DNA of 62,129 bases, filler included, from Jimgerdemannia flammicorona (GCA_003990765.1; 3 parts of 3 records of this genome joined end to end with filler, not necessarily neighbours in it), one strand, 5' to 3'. Counted from the whole stretch's first letter, positions 44,094 to 58,990 are shown. Notes: generated by a model from the letters alone, not told the origin. Translations and numbers: made by a program.

Positions 44094-45635
44094 TGTAATG
44101 GTGACCTCAGAATAATGACATCAGTACAGAAGACAGCCTTTCCTTACAAGCCACCAGATTGAAGCACAAGAAGATCATATGGCATACAAGATAAGCAATG
44201 ATGACCAACTGTAAGTCATTGTGACTACAGTACAAGCATTCTGAAGAATATAAAAGAAGAATGGAACCACAAAAGCAGCAACCAACAAGAACCACTAATC
44301 CCAAATAGCTCAAAGACTTATCACAAATGAAATGCCTGCTGCCCACCAAATCTCAAGGTCAAGAAATCACCAATCTCAATTAAGGAAAGGATGTTCCAAG
44401 ACATCAAAAGAGCCATAGGGACCCACTCAAGAAGGACTCCTAGTGTCAACCTGAGTACTGCAGACCCTTATCACTTCATTCTCTACTGCCATGAAATGGA
44501 AACAAGGATCACCATTGCTACTGAATGCCTCCAAATATGGTAGGAGTACAAAATAAGAAACCTCCTCTGCCGGAAGTCCCCACAGGCCAGTACCCAAGAG
44601 CTATAAGATGCCACTCCCATGAATATATATAAAACAAGGACAGCTAAGAAGATCCATCAGATCTTCAGGCATGCACCATGGTCGATCTCCAACTTAGAGT
44701 ATGTTAGAGTCTCAGACTTCAGAGATCTGTCATCCCACTGTATCAATGCACTAGAAGCCAGGGTGACTATAGAAGCCCAGTCCACTATCACCCTCAATAG
44801 TGAAGAAGTAGAAAACTTCTAGCACCTTATTCTTCAGAACAACCCAGACCAATTCCTGCAAGGATTGATCTCAGTATTCCAAGGCCCAAGCATCTAGGTT
44901 AGACCTCCCCAAGACCCCACATTTGTTCTCTATTTTGTAGAAGAGAATCTCATAGACTAGAGAGCTCCAGATCTTGTTCCCAATTTCCCTGCCACAGCCA
45001 GACGTGATGATGTCATCGGCAATAACATCATCCTATGTGACATTGAAGTATGTAAAACATACAACCTGCATGATGAATTCACAGATCTCATCTCCTTCAG
45101 TAATGATGATGATAAAGCCCCCATAATCCTGAACTTTCTGCTCTAAAAAGTTCTTTGTTATACTGGATAATGCCAGCACTGGTATTCTCATGTAACACTG
45201 GATAATGCCAGCATTAGTATTCTGAGATAACACGAAATTGTTCTAGCACCGGTATTTTGATGTAATACTAAATAATGCCAGCATCCTGAACCTATATAAC
45301 CATCAGTACCAGCCCTGGAACTTAGTAGTTTTAGTTATTAGAATTTATATTTAGCTTTATATCTTAGCAACCATTTAATTATATTTTATATAAATACCCC
45401 TCTTATTTCCTCTGAAATAAAGTTAGTTAAGTTTCAGTCAAGTTCACTTATACACACTTCCTTGCAAGTAATCTAAGAGATAACAAGATAGTTAAAGATA
45501 AGAAGTTTGAGGACTATAAGACCTTGGGAAGGCACTCCAATAAGAACTTACTTATAACAAACTTGAGTTAGTCTAAGAGATACACCTTGAAGAGAATCTG
45601 ATATATTTGAAGGACTCAGTGACCACTATGTGACA
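44094..45635 (+). repeat. 5' LTR (about 1.54 kb) containing an ORF remnant and a 35-bp minisatellite
   Basis: TGTAA...TGACA; colinear with 59272..60879. Confidence 0.9.
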
Positions 45636-45756
45636 ACTTGGTGCCTATTGGCTAGTGATTCAAGATGAATCCCTCACTTTCAAGCTGAAAAATGAACAAC
45701 TCCCACAACAACTACCCTGACTACAAGAGTCACCCCTACAAGAATTCAAGATAAGA

Positions 45757-47612
45757 TGGAAATATACTCCCCCACATTCTATAGATATACTACTGAAGAG
45801 TCAATCCTGACCTTCATTGAAGACTTTGAACAATTCGCCACCATATGAGCCCTTGGTGTGGATGCTCAATTAGCCCTTCTACCAGTCAGCCTCAGAGGAT
45901 CTGCCAGAGACAAGTTCAATGTAACCACTATTGCTGATACTAGTGCAGCCAAACTTGCCAACATGAAGGTCTTCCTCAGAACAACATATTATACTGAAGA
46001 GATCAAGCAAGCTCTCAAGGATCAACTCAATACTATCTGCCAGGAACTTAGTGAAGATTCCAACTTATTCTATATCTGAATCTGCCACCAGATTGTCTTG
46101 GCTGGCTATGATGACTGCCTCAAGGAACAAATAGCAGATTCAACCTTCCTCAAAGGAGTTTACTCTGAAATTGCCCTAGCAATCTGGTCTACCCCAGCTG
46201 TACTGACTCTTGATCAGAAAGTGGTCTTTACACAGAGATATTGGACTGTCAGATATCCTGCCGAACACTCAATAGAGAAAATAACTGGCATCAAGATAGA
46301 GCCATTAAAGCCAACTAGTATCTTATCTACTACAGTCATAAACAGACAACCAACCCCACCTATCCTCAAGATAGCCAAAGCTGATCCAGTGGAAGAACTC
46401 ATCAAGCAGTTCACCAAGATAACTGCACACCTTGGTGATATTGTTAGAGAGGTCCAAAGTGCTAACAGGAGACCAGTGCAGAGATTTGCAGCTGCTATAG
46501 AAGAATGCAATATCATATGCTTCAGATGTAGAGAAGAAGACCACTATGCAAAGAGTTGCATGACCAAAATAAGATGCAAAGCCCAACCAAACAATGCTAG
46601 TAGAACCAGGGAACAAACCAATGCAGTAGTCATTGAGGAGATCAGTGATACTAATGATAAAGAATACTATGAGGAGCTCGAATTCTACCCTGCTACTGAA
46701 GGTACCAGAACCCAGTTCAAGCCCTATGACAAGAAGAGCAACAGCAAGCCAGTTGGAAGACCAAAGAAGATCCCAGCTGTCACTATTCAAAGTAAGACCC
46801 AACTCGAGGAGATTGATCAAGACATAGAGTTAGATGAAGCTGCCTGCCAAATTATTGAAGGCACTACTCCAGTCTCAGGAGAAAGCAAAAGCAAGAAGGA
46901 ACAGAAGCTATACAAGACCAAGATCCACCAGTATGACATCTACAAGGACCTCAAGGAACAGAAGGTCAATGCCACTTTTGGACAGCTAGCTGAAGTTCCT
47001 GCCTTTAGACAGCAGTTGAGAGTAGGACTTGCAACTACTGCCAAGAATCAAGAGTACAAGATTGTAGAAGCTCACAATGCACAAGAAGAATCTGAGAACT
47101 CAGGTAAAGAATCCAAAGACCAGTGTAAGACATCAGCCTATATCTCCTACCAGATTGAAGACTGTATCTTTGATACCATCATTGATACTGATACTGGAGG
47201 ATATCTCATGAGCAAGAAGACAATTAACCACCTAGGTTGGGATATTGAAGAGTCTACCAAGATGGTCTATGTCACAGCAGATGGTATACAAGCTACCCCC
47301 CTTGGCAAAATCTGAGAAGTCTCCATTAAGATAGGAGGAGCTACCATCCCAGTAGATGTGATTGTTATAAGTACCACCAACTATGACATCCTCATTGGCA
47401 ACCAATGGCTTCACAAGGCCAAGGCCATTATTGACCTCAATATCCAGAAGATACAGATCAACTACAGAGGAAGAAAGGTACAAGTCTCTATCAATGTTCA
47501 CAAAGGAGTTCTACCAGACATAGAGGAAGGAGATGAAGAAAATACAGAGGTCTTCATACACTTGGTGAATAAGAATAAGAGCAAGACACCCAAGCTCATA
47601 GATGAGCAGTAG
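45757..47612 (+). pseudogene. gag (CCHC knuckle) and aspartic protease of the gypsy element
   Basis: CFRCREEDHYAKSC; IIDTDTGG; YDILIGNQWL; several stops; start approximate. Confidence 0.85.
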
Positions 47613-47849
47613 TATAACAAGATCCTCAATGGGTATGCCCCTCAAGGAAGATGCCCCCATGGTACTAGAATATACTGCTCCAAATATCTGAATGACTGCT
47701 GGTCCTGTATCAGTGAAGTCAGGAAAATCTGCCAACAGAAACATGAGCAAGAAGCTGCCAAAGCAAAAAGGAAAGCTGAAGAAGATGACCAGCCCCCAGA
47801 GCTTCAAGCTGACAGTGACAATGAGGAGGAATAAGAATCAGACATTACC

Positions 47850-48270
47850 CTCAAAGTCAAGAAGTTTCACTCTAAAGCCAAGATCTCAGAATACAAGACT
47901 AAAGGAGCCATAGGAATGGACCTTGCCAGCATTCAAGATGCTATCCTTGAACCACAGACCACTACCCTACTTGGCACTGGAATTGGAGTTAAGCTGCCAA
48001 AAAACTATACTGGAATTATCACGACCAGGAGCAGTCTGGCCAAAGTGAAATCTCAGTTGAAGGAGGAGTAATTGACTCTGATTACACTGGCAAGATCTTC
48101 CTCATAGTCAGAAATCACAACCATACCACTCCCTTTGAAGTCAAGAAGCATAACAGGATTGGCCAGATGCTGATCTATGAAATCAAGAAGCCCAAGATCA
48201 TAGAAGCCATCAAACTCATCAAGACTAAGAGAGGAGAACAAGGCTTTGGATCTACTGGAAGAGGAGCCTA
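47850..48270 (+). pseudogene. dUTPase domain of the gypsy pol
   Basis: All five dUTPase motifs: GMDL, RSS, GVIDSDYTG, RIGQM, RGEQGFGSTG; one frameshift near 48050. Confidence 0.88.
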
Positions 48271-48583
48271 TGCTGCCACCAAGATTACTGAACTTGAGTA
48301 TAAGAAAGACAAGGACCAGAACAAGTACACATATACCATTGGAGAAAACTTTCCCCTGGAAGAACAACTTCTCAAGATCCTATACTAGAATGAAGGAGTA
48401 CTTGCTATAGACTTTAGGGATATCCACAATCAAGAACCCAAGTACTACCATAAAGTTGACACTGGTGATACCAAACCTATCTACCAGAAAGCCAGACCCA
48501 TACCACCTGCCTACAGAGAGTGGCTGTAAGCTGAACTCAAGGAAATAGAAGAAGCCAGAATCATCAAGCAAACTATCAGCCCC

Positions 48584-51500
48584 CGACATCTTTCACCAGT
48601 AACATTTGGGTGACACAAGGCTCAGACAACACTTTTTACCATGTTTTTGGTATCCAACAACTATTGACATAGATGGCAACAATCAAACTGGTGAGTATAC
48701 TGGCCAGGGGAGTGGTGGTGCCTTTGGCTGGCAGTAGGTGGGGAGGAGGGGAGATGGTTTGGGGATGCCAGGGGCCTCAATGGCTAGCCAGGGCCCTGGT
48801 AGTGGTGGGAGGGGTGGTCTGAGGCAGAGAGGAGGGGAGAGATTGACCTTTGCTGACAAGGTCAGAATGGGGAAGATGGCCTCAGGTCTAGGTAGTTGGC
48901 TGGGCCTAGAGAAGGCATTGACAGCTATTGATAGAGGACAGAGAGGTGTGCCCAGGGGAGTTTCAGACAGTAGAGGAGGAGTGAGAGTAGGGGCTGGATA
49001 TGTGACTGTTGATGGAGCTATGACTAGGGATCTGGCAAAAAATCCAGATGTGATGACAGTTGACAATTCAGGACAGAGAGTGGGCATAAGACCTGGGGAC
49101 CTGGTAGATGGGGTAATAGGCATAGTATTGGCCCCATTACTCAAGGAGTCGAGATCAGAATTCATAGTCACAATGTGTTTCCAGGGCTTGGTGGTGACAG
49201 TGAGGATGATTCTGGGGCTAGTGGCATAGAAGGCAAAGGGAGCAGCATTGGTGAAGTTTTTGAAGGGGAAGGAAGGGGTTGAGGTGGGGTTCGAGGAGGA
49301 AGATACCTTGTTGGCAGCCTTAGAGAAGGGAGTGACAGTTGGTGGGTTGTAGTCTCTATGGCCAGGTACATATGCTGGGACCCCCAAGTGGTGCAGTTGA
49401 TGATATTAGACCTCCTTATAGTGTTGAAGAAGAGGACCAGAGAGTTGGTTGTACATAGAAGTAATTAAGGAGTATGGAGAGATTGTGGATGTTGAGTTCA
49501 AGGTCTGAGAGGGTACGGAGCTTTGGACTGATGACATCGATGTCAGGGTGAGGCTGGCTGGGAAGGAGAATATGGAGAAGTCAAGGGACTGGCCAGTAAT
49601 ACTATGGTGGGGACTGGTGGAGTGCAAGGTCACGAGGGTGAAGGGGACCCAAGAGGAGGAGGAAGATCTGTTAGAGGCTCTGGAGGATCTGGAAGGGGCA
49701 GTTGCAAGGAGGAGATTGGTCTGGAAGGAGTTTGAGGCCAGGACAGTGGTGGGGAAGGTGGATGGAAAAAGGGTCTGAATAGAGAGGGGGGCCTGGGAGA
49801 AGATGCAGGGAAGGAAAATCCAGAAGGAGCTACTGGCAAAGTTGGGGGGGAGTAGAGCTGGTAGAAGCTCAGGGGAGGGGAGTGTGGAATTGCAGGAGAG
49901 TACCTGGGCTGAGGGGGGCAAAAGGGCCTGGGGTGGGGCTCAGATTGGAGTGGAGGAGGAGAGGGAAGGCAATATGGAGATAGATGTAGAAATGAGCAAA
50001 GGTGTATGCTCTCAGTATAGTATCCCGGATGGAGCTGAGGGGGAGGAGAAGCTACTGGATGTACCAGATGAGGAGTGGGATGAGTCAGGGAGGAGGAGCA
50101 TACTGGTGGACCCCAAGGTAGATGGGGGATAAATTGTTCAGGGTGCAGCAGAGGCAGTGGATGAGGAGAAGTAGATGTGGAAGACTCTGGAAGGGGTAGT
50201 GGCAGAAGAGCTGAGGGGAGAGAATTTCAGGATTATGGAAGAGAGGTATTGGAAGGAGATCCTATAGGGGGAAGAGATGCCAAGGAAGATGAGGAATGAG
50301 ATCCTGGCTGTTCTTCTAGAATCAGTTGAATATCAAGTTGATGATCAGAGAGAAGAGGAACTTAGGAGGATTGCAAGTGACAAGGCATCTTACTTGTAGA
50401 ACTTGAGGAAGGGACTGGAGAAGTAGCATGCAGTCTGTATAGACTATTGGTTGGATATGGAGGTAGTGGATGGGGTGGAATGTCAGGAAATCTTGGAGGT
50501 ACTGGATGCTCAGGCTAATGCAGAGGGTGACTTGGAAGCTAAATGGTGCTTGAATCTGGCTGAGGATGAGATGAGCATAGAATACTAGACTGGGGTCTCT
50601 ATTGCAACATTCTTTCAATATGAACAGTACAACTAGGATATTTTCTTTGAATGTAAATAGGTTATGAGGGGTGACTAGAAGGAAGTATATATTTGGATGG
50701 CTTAAGGAACTGGATGTGGACCTCTTTTTGTTACAGGATATTCATTATGAGGCAGATGTGAATTTATAGGATTAGACTAAGGAATGGGGGGGGGGCAGTG
50801 GTATGGAGGGAGAAAGTGGGTATTCTCATTAGAAAAGAAATGGGGGACATTGGGGACATTGGACATTGGAGATCTCGAGTGGTGTGGGGAGTGTAGAAGT
50901 GGCCTGAAAGGGGCTCATTGATAGTTGGATCTTATTACTGCCCAGCTGAGAGAGGGGAGAGGGTGGATTGGATTTGCAGGTTAAAAGAGACCAGTGTCTT
51001 GGGAGAAGTTGGGTTGGACTGCATGGGGGGTGATTTCAATATGGTATGGGATAAGGAGATAGATAGAACAGATGGCAGAAGAGGCATGCAGAGCAAAAGT
51101 GGTGGGTTGGGTGACTGATTGGAGACAGAGAGGTTGAGTTCTTTAGTGGACTTGGGGAGACAGTTTTGGGTTAATCAGTGGGTGTATACCCACTGGGCAG
51201 CAGGGCTGGGCTCCAGGATTAACTGGGTTTTGACAGTGGAGTGTTGGGGAGCTGATATCTGGTTGGTGCTGGAGGTAGTTTGGTGTCTGTGGTCTGATCA
51301 CTGGAGGCTACTTAGAGGGGAGAGGTTTGGGGGAAGTGAGGATGAGCCTGGACATTGGTGGCTAAATTCTTCCTTGTTAGAGGATAGGGCTTTGTGGGAG
51401 GGTTGGGAAATGGAGGTTGTCAGAAATATCAGAAGGTGGCAGGAATGGGGCCTGGGGATTGGGGACCACTAGAGGAGACTGAAGGTGAATGCTCAAGGGT

Positions 51501-54376
51501 ATTGGAGGGAAGCAGGGAAAAGAAGGTGTGCCCAGCGATAGTGGAGGGTGCTGTGGGCCTCAGGGTATCTGGCGGCACTCATGAGGAGATGGGCAGATGT
51601 GCTAGAAGATGGAGAGGAGACTGATTGATGTATTGTGAGAATCCAAAAAGAGGTGGAGGAGCTTAAAGGAGTGTTACGAAGAGAGGAGAAGGTGAGACTG
51701 CAGGAGATGGTGGCCTGACTGCGGTGGCAGGGGCTTGAGAAGAGGGAGAGGCCTACTAGGTTTTGACATGGTTGTTACAAGCTTGACAAATGAAGCAGTG
51801 GTGGGAGGGGGTTCTGGATGTGAATGGTGAGCTGGTGGTGGGGACTCCAGTAATTCTGGGATTACTAAGAACCTATTGGGAGAATCTATAGAGTGAGGAG
51901 GAAGGAGGAGTGGATGCTTTGAACATTGAAAGGCAGCTGGGAGATTGGCACCCAAACCCTGTGATGGGCCTAGGGGCTTTGGGGGACCCAGTGAGTGGAG
52001 AGGAAATTTGCAAGATTGTAGCATTGATGAGTAAGAGGATGGCTCTGGGGGAGAATGGACTTCTCTGGGATTTTTGGAAGAAGATAGCTGGAGTGGGCAA
52101 AGTGTTAGAGGAAATGACCACTATATATAATGAGGTTCTTCAGTCTGGTACTTGGATTGGGGGCCAGCACCTAGGGCTAGTCTCCTTGCTCTATAAGAAC
52201 AAGGGGAGGTGGAAAGATTGGAAGAACTGACAGCCAATTATATTACTTGACATAGACTGCAAACTGGTGATGAAGATCTTAGTGATGAGGCTGTAAGGAA
52301 TCACTCAGCAGGTGCTTGGTATGGAGTAGTGTAGGTTTGTCAGTGGCCAGTTGATTCGCAATGGGACAGCTTAGATATATGGAGTAATTGAAGGTACCTG
52401 AGCTGTAGGGGTAGATGGCCAGTTGATATTTCTGAATCAAGAGAAGGCCTATGATAGAGTATGAAGGATCTGGCTAGAGGGGGTACTGAAATGGATTGGT
52501 ATCCTCCTGGGGTTCCAAGGATCATTGATCAGCCTCTTGAAGGACAGTTAGGTGACATTGGTCATTAATGGCCACAGGGGGGTGACTTTTCCCCTGGGGC
52601 ATGGGGTGCTGCAAGGGGACCCCTTGTCATCCATATTGTATGCCCTCTCCTTGGAGCCCCTACTGGACAGGATTCGGCATCAGATTGGAGATTTGGATAT
52701 TTTAGGAATTAATTGGAAGGTGGGGGCCTTTGCTGATGATATGGTGGTCAGGCTGGACTCCTTGATAGATGTGGGGGGGTTACAGAGGTCTGTGGAATGA
52801 TATGAGAGGAGTTCTGGTGCTAAACTAAACTGGCACAAATGTGAGACTCTGGTGCTGGATACTGGAATTATTGGTGGTAATGTCATTGGGACAGTGGTGC
52901 CAGCTGGCGAACCAGTGCATTATTTGGAGATCTACTTCTCAGTATTCGGATCTCTTCTTCCCCATGCTTGGTGGAACTGATAACTTCTGGAGTGGGGAAA
53001 TATTCTGCTATGATGGGGAGGTCAGCATATGTCCCTAGTGGGGAGGGTGATGGTGCTAAATGTATATTGGATGCCAAAGCTGTGGTATGTAGAGTATTAT
53101 TTGGATTTCCTATCTTGGGTGGTCAGAGGGCTGTTGAAGATGGCAAGGTCATGGATCTGGGGAGGGTGGCAAAGCCAGGTGGGTTGGGAGGTGCTCACAA
53201 TATATATGAAAAGAGGTGGGCTGGGTTTAGTTGACTTTACTAAGTGGCTTCACTGCTTGAGAGCTTGGTGGTTGAGGAGGGCGAGTGAGCTAAGGGGCCA
53301 GGAGTGGGTGCCACTCATGCAGAGGGTGTAGGAGGTTCGGTATTCCCCTCATGGTGACTCTGGTGACCTGCTTGTAATGGTGGCCATAGATGGGAGCAGG
53401 AGGATGTAGTTTATGGACTTCTGGTGGGGGGTGGTGGATGATGCTAAGAAAATTGGACTTCAGTGGCAAGGTAATGAAGCTGAGGAGGATTGGGGACTGC
53501 AGATGTAGCAGTGAGACAGGCTTTTACTGAGTGGTGTTCTGGTGGAGGATTTTCAGCTTGGTAAGAGTTTGGAGTGTCTGCAGGGCTTGGGTAGAGACCT
53601 ATGGCCTGAAGCCTGGCAGAGGGTTGGAATTGGTGAGAAGTGGGATTGGAATGGACTCTGGCTTTGGAGCAAATGGGTGAAGCAGTAGCTACCTCCCAAG
53701 TTCTGGGTAGTGTGGTGGTGAGTCCTATGGCGGAATGTGATGTTGAACTATTGGTCTGGATACTTGGTAGATGGTAGAGTATTCAAGTGCGAGAAATGTT
53801 CTAATATTGGTCAGGAGGAAGAAGTGGTACAAATGTCTGAACATTGGCTTGGCGAGTGCAAGATTATGGAGGAGTTTTGGAGATATATCACAGACTGGCT
53901 AGGGCTGTGTACCTTGGAGGAAGGGGAAGGGGGGAGATGGGGAGAGCTCTGCCAGAGACTAGTGGATGGGGTTAGGGATAAATGGCTGACCCTTGGTTGG
54001 GCTCTGGCCATGTGGGTTGGGTTGGCTAGGCATTGGGTTCATATATTTGAGGAGGGATGGCAGATGGAAGTTGGGAATAAGGTGGCCCATTAGGAAAGAT
54101 TATTATTGGACATTTTGAATAGCTGGTGGTGAGGGTGGGGGCTGGGTGGGGGGAATTGCAGGGGTTTGGTATAGTGTATCTCCCAGAAGAGTGGTGGAAG
54201 GATTCAGGTAGTGGGTGATTGGGTTGTGCTAGGGTAGGGGGAGGTCGAGGGGAGAGGGTTGGGTCTACAGGACATTGGTTGAGGGTTTGGAGTGATGTTG
54301 TATTGTTAGAATTATAGATGACAGTAATAAAGGGCAGTCCAAGAGACTATAAAAAAAAAAAAAAAAAAAAAAAAAA
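48584..54376 (+). mobile_element. Full-length decayed L1/Tx1-like LINE inserted in the gypsy RT
   Basis: TSD TATCAGCCCC (48574 and 54379); ORF2 from 50620 (FSLNVN, LQDIH, GGDFN, WSDH, QGDPLS, FADD, CEKC...H...C); AATAAA plus poly(A) 54351..54376. Confidence 0.92.
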
Positions 54377-55382
54377 GTTATCAGCCCCTGGGCCTCACCC
54401 ATTGTCCTAGCCCTAAAGAAAGGAAGCAAGCCTGGAGAGTTTATACCAAGACTCTGCATTGACTACAGGAAGCTCAATGCTATCACCAAGAAGGATAGGC
54501 AGTCCTTGCTAAATATTCAAGAAATCCTTACCACTCTTGGAAGTAAAGCCAAATACTACACTACCTTGGATCTGTTCTCAGGCTTCTATCAGATTGGTCT
54601 CACTCAAGATACCAGTGAGAAATCAGCCTTCATCATACCTGATGCCACCTATATCTATCTGTGAATGCCATTTAGAATATGCAATACCCCAGCAAGTTTC
54701 CAGTGAATAATGAACAGAGTCTTCAGTAATGAGATTGGAAAATGGCTCTTTGTCTATATTGATGATGTGATCATCTTCAGCAACACTGCATGGAAATATA
54801 TCAATCATATACAGCTAGCCCTCAAGAGGCTCAAGGAGCATGATCTCTACATCAAGCCCAAGAAATGCAAGTTTGCAGCTCAAGAAATTGCCTACCTAGG
54901 ACATCTCATCAACCAGACTGGAATCCACACAGACCCCATGAAGATTGAGACTATTGCAGCCTACCCAAGACCCAGAACAACCACAGAAGTCCATGCCTTC
55001 CTTGGACTAGCCAGCTACTATAGAAGATTCATCAAAGGATACTCCAACATTGCAGCACCTATCTATGAGCTACTGAAGAAGGAGACCAAATTCAAATGGA
55101 CCAAGGAGTGTCAAGAAATCTTAAATAAACTCAAGACTAGATTGACCTAAGCACCTATCCTCAGAAGATCAGACTGGAACCTAGAATTCATCCTGCAGAC
55201 AGATGCAAGTGCTATAGGACTTGGAGCAGTCCTAGCTCAGAAGAAAGATGGACATGAATATGTCATCTCCTATATAAGCTAAGGTACCCACAGAGCAGAA
55301 CAGAACTATGAGTCATGTAAGCTTGAATGCTTAGCAGTAGTCTGGGCAGTAGACAAGTTCCACTACTACCTAGCTGGGAAAC

Positions 55383-57452
55383 TGTAAGCGCACAACCTCT
55401 AAGCCACTGAAATTGTACGTCACCCTCTGAACAAGCCACTGAAATCACACACGACCTCTGAACAAATCTGGAAATCACCTGCTTGATCATGAAGCTGAGT
55501 CAAACCGAAGTCACAGCATACAAAGCTGAGTCAATATGAAGTCACAGAACACAAGATATATATAAATGGAATCTTACCAATCAGGACCAAATGCATATAT
55601 ACTGAGCACTGAGACACATCGAATTAGAAAACCAAAACAAACAACAACCACAACTTCCAAACACACAAATATGACCACTGAGATCTACAACCATATCCGC
55701 GCTGATATTTGGAATGCCATTGTCAACCGAGCCACACCCCCTCTGCCCCTCATGAATATCCATAGCCTGGCACCCCTCTACTTCGTGGAAGCCCGATGGA
55801 ATGCCCTGAACATGCTTAGCGAGGCTCACCAAATCGGACAGATCTCGAGCTACTACCAGATCGGCCGCCTCCTGGAAGATATGGTCGAACACCACCATGA
55901 TACAGACATTACCCAGATGTCTCAACACCAGAAGCTCATCGCCTGCAAACATCGAGAACTCTTCTATGAGTACAACACCTTTATTCTCCGCCTCCGAGTC
56001 ACTACCAGCGAAATGGTTGCTACCCTGTCCTATGGCCAAATCGATGACATGATACAAGAACTCAACCACAAGTACCTCGAGTATGTCGAAACCACAGACA
56101 GAACCTTCCCGCACCCTGATGACCACATTCTACAAATGCCTCAAGTTGGATACGCCATGAAGGACGTCTATGATATAATCCACTTCGACGAAGATGAAGC
56201 AGAAGACAATGATCCCTCGGATACTGACATGACCTCTAGCCAAGGATCTCTGCCAACCCTGATCACTCCGCCAACCTTGCCGATGAACTTACAACAGTTC
56301 ATAACTGCATACGAGACTTATTGGGATAATGACCACTGATACGAATACCAACCTGCATTCACCCCCGACTACTTCAACTACAATGAAGAGACCGGAGAAC
56401 ACAACCTGTACCTTCAGACAACCCTCAAGATTGAACCAACCACTCCACCACCCGAGTACGAGTGACTTGAACCACAGCCACCAGCTTACTACAACTCCGC
56501 GACTCATAGTGCTGTAACCTATAGAAGGTATGCAGACAGCGAATCCGATGAAAGCGAAGACAGTACACCCATCCTTCGCCCACCAACACCTTATCCAGCA
56601 TATGAAACAGATGATGCTATCCTGTGGGATGGAGATGAAGTCCCAATGTATTACTACCTCAGCCAACAAGGAGAAGTAATCCACGAACTACTCTTCCTAG
56701 ATGACTACTTCATCAGAGATGATGCAATTGATGGTGATATCATCGAAGACTACCCAGATAGTACCTAAACCTATAAATAGTCTAGTAGTCATAGTATAGA
56801 TAGATTAGCCTTGTACGACGTGACTGTGAACTGACTCAGTAGTCAGACAATCTCTTGATATGTCAGATTACACTTGTACTACGTGACTGTATTTCGACTC
56901 AGCAAGGCACTTAGTACTACATCCATATTCAGCATAGTCCAGACAGCCCCTCACTAGTATAAATACCCCCTCCCCCAGACCTCAGAATCTCAGACTTGAA
57001 GACTTGAACAATCCGAACACAACTCCTGAGCACTTCTCCACAATACCCCTCACACAATACTCCTAGTATAGCAATATCATGAATAGCAAATAAACCTATT
57101 CCATAACCCACAAACCACTCTTAAGTAAATCCGCTCCCCGTTAGGTCCTACTCCTAACCCTGTCACGAAATTTCCTAATTGGGTATTGTCTGCAGTGATA
57201 TGCCAATTCAACTAAGCTGGTCTTAGTTTCTTGAACTTCCTGAAATATGGAAAATCCTGAACATCTAGAACTAGTCCAGAAAAGGACTTTGGTTGAGACG
57301 TCAACCCAATCTTGAAATCAATAAGCATAGAGGATGTACTCCATACGAAATTGATCTTGACCATAAGAAAACGGTCTTCCAGAATATCCAGAACTTCCAG
57401 AAAACCCTTCCAGAACTACATAACGGTCACCCTAAAAAGTAACCCTCTTACA
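55383..57452 (+). mobile_element. Solo LTR-like insertion (2070 bp) of a second family
   Basis: Termini TGTAAG...CTTACA; 5-bp TSD GAAAC (55378, 57453); the RNase H frame rejoins across it; CpG retained. Confidence 0.88.
55566..56339 (+). CDS. Intact ORF inside the solo LTR, unknown helical protein
   Basis: 257-aa ORF (alternative ATG at 55671, downstream of TATATAAA); YYQIGRLL...IACKHRELF...ILRL...TLS. Confidence 0.7.
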   Translation: MESYQSGPNAYILSTETHRIRKPKQTTTTTSKHTNMTTEIYNHIRADIWNAIVNRATPPLPLMNIHSLAPLYFVEARWNALNMLSEAHQIGQISSYYQIGRLLEDMVEHHHDTDITQMSQHQKLIACKHRELFYEYNTFILRLRVTTSEMVATLSYGQIDDMIQELNHKYLEYVETTDRTFPHPDDHILQMPQVGYAMKDVYDIIHFDEDEAEDNDPSDTDMTSSQGSLPTLITPPTLPMNLQQFITAYETYWDNDH

Positions 57453-58990
57453 GAAACACTTCACCATTCAAACAGACTATTCTGCTCTTGCCTGGTTATT
57501 CCACACTCTAAACCCCAAAGGAATATATACCAGATGGATCTACAGGCTGTAAGAGTATGACTGTACTGTCAAGCACCACTCAGGAAAGACCAATACCAAT
57601 GCTGATATACTCTCAAGGATACCTCGAAACATCCCTATCAAGATTATTCAATATGAATAAGGAGCTATACTATGGATTAATCAGCTACCTTGGACAGTGG
57701 AAGATGTCCAACCACCTCAAACTCTGGACAATCACCATTATCAACCAGACTTGGAAATAGTTTGAATTAGACAACACTACCTCAGAAAAAGAGAAAAGCT
57801 AGTAATACCCGAACACAAGAAGTATCAAGTAATGAAGGAAGTATATGAGCAAAAATACTTAGGAGGAACCAACACATATGACAAGGCAAGAAGAACTATA
57901 TGGTGGCCCAAGATAGAAGAAGACCTGCATCAATTTGTCAAAGAGTGTGACAAGTGCCAAAAACAGAAACAAGATCAGCAAGACCAGGCATCTGGGTTAT
58001 CAAGAATTGAGCCTATCTTCCACCACATTACAATGGATATCATTGGATCACTACCAGTAACACTATCAGGAAACTACTATATTATAGTTATTATAGACCT
58101 CTTCACCAAATAGATAGAGGCAGGAGTATTACAAGAAGCCAATGCCCTCTCTATAGCTAACTTCCTACACTGAGAAATCATCTGCCACTACAAGACACCA
58201 AAGCAAATCACAACAGACTGTGGAATGGAATTTGTCAATGGATTCCATGAGATAATGTATCAGAAATATAAGATCCAGCATATCAAGACCACCACATACC
58301 ACCCTCAAGGAAATGGACAGATAGAGAGAACCAACAAGACCCTCAAGAACATCCTAGTGAAGATCTCAGAGATATATGAGAATTGGGATAACTATCTCCC
58401 AACTGCCCTCTCTATCCTATGAGACATATGGTTACAGAGCATACACTTTACCCCAAGAGAGCTGCTCTTTAGAGAAGAAGATTCTGATGGAATCTCAGCC
58501 ACAAATCTAGACCTAACTTGGAGATGAGTTGATGTAGAAATCCAGAGACTACACCAAATCAGGAAGAAGGCTGAAGATTATATTATCAAGTTACAAGTGC
58601 TGACAAGGAAGAATGCAGAAAAGAATCATAAGGCCCTAAAACCCATCTAAATTGGAGAAAAGGTTCTACTGTATTGAAATATAGTAGAAGTCTCATGGTC
58701 ATGAAAACTGGAGCCCAAATAGGAAGAACTCTTCTATGTGCAAGATATCAAGGGAACTATCTTCTGGCTTAGAAAAATCTCAGGGACCATACTGCCTACT
58801 ATAGTATATAGGAACAGACTCAAGAAGTACTATGAACCTATACAAGAGAAGCAAAATGTAATGACTGCCTGCAAGGTTCTAGTCTGCAAATTATAACAGT
58901 ATGTCCCATGACCAGCAGGCTATCTGTCTGGACCATTCTCTAAGGGATACGGCACTGGCAACTACTCATTCATGAGACTTTCAAAGTCAG

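Larger units (their letters stand above)
54389..58780 (+). pseudogene. Gypsy RT, RNase H and integrase (interrupted by a solo LTR)
   Basis: PWASPIV, RLCIDYRKLN, LDLFSGFYQI, VYIDDVII, FLGLASYYRRFI, LQTDAS, CDKCQ, TYHPQGNGQIERTN. Confidence 0.9.
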
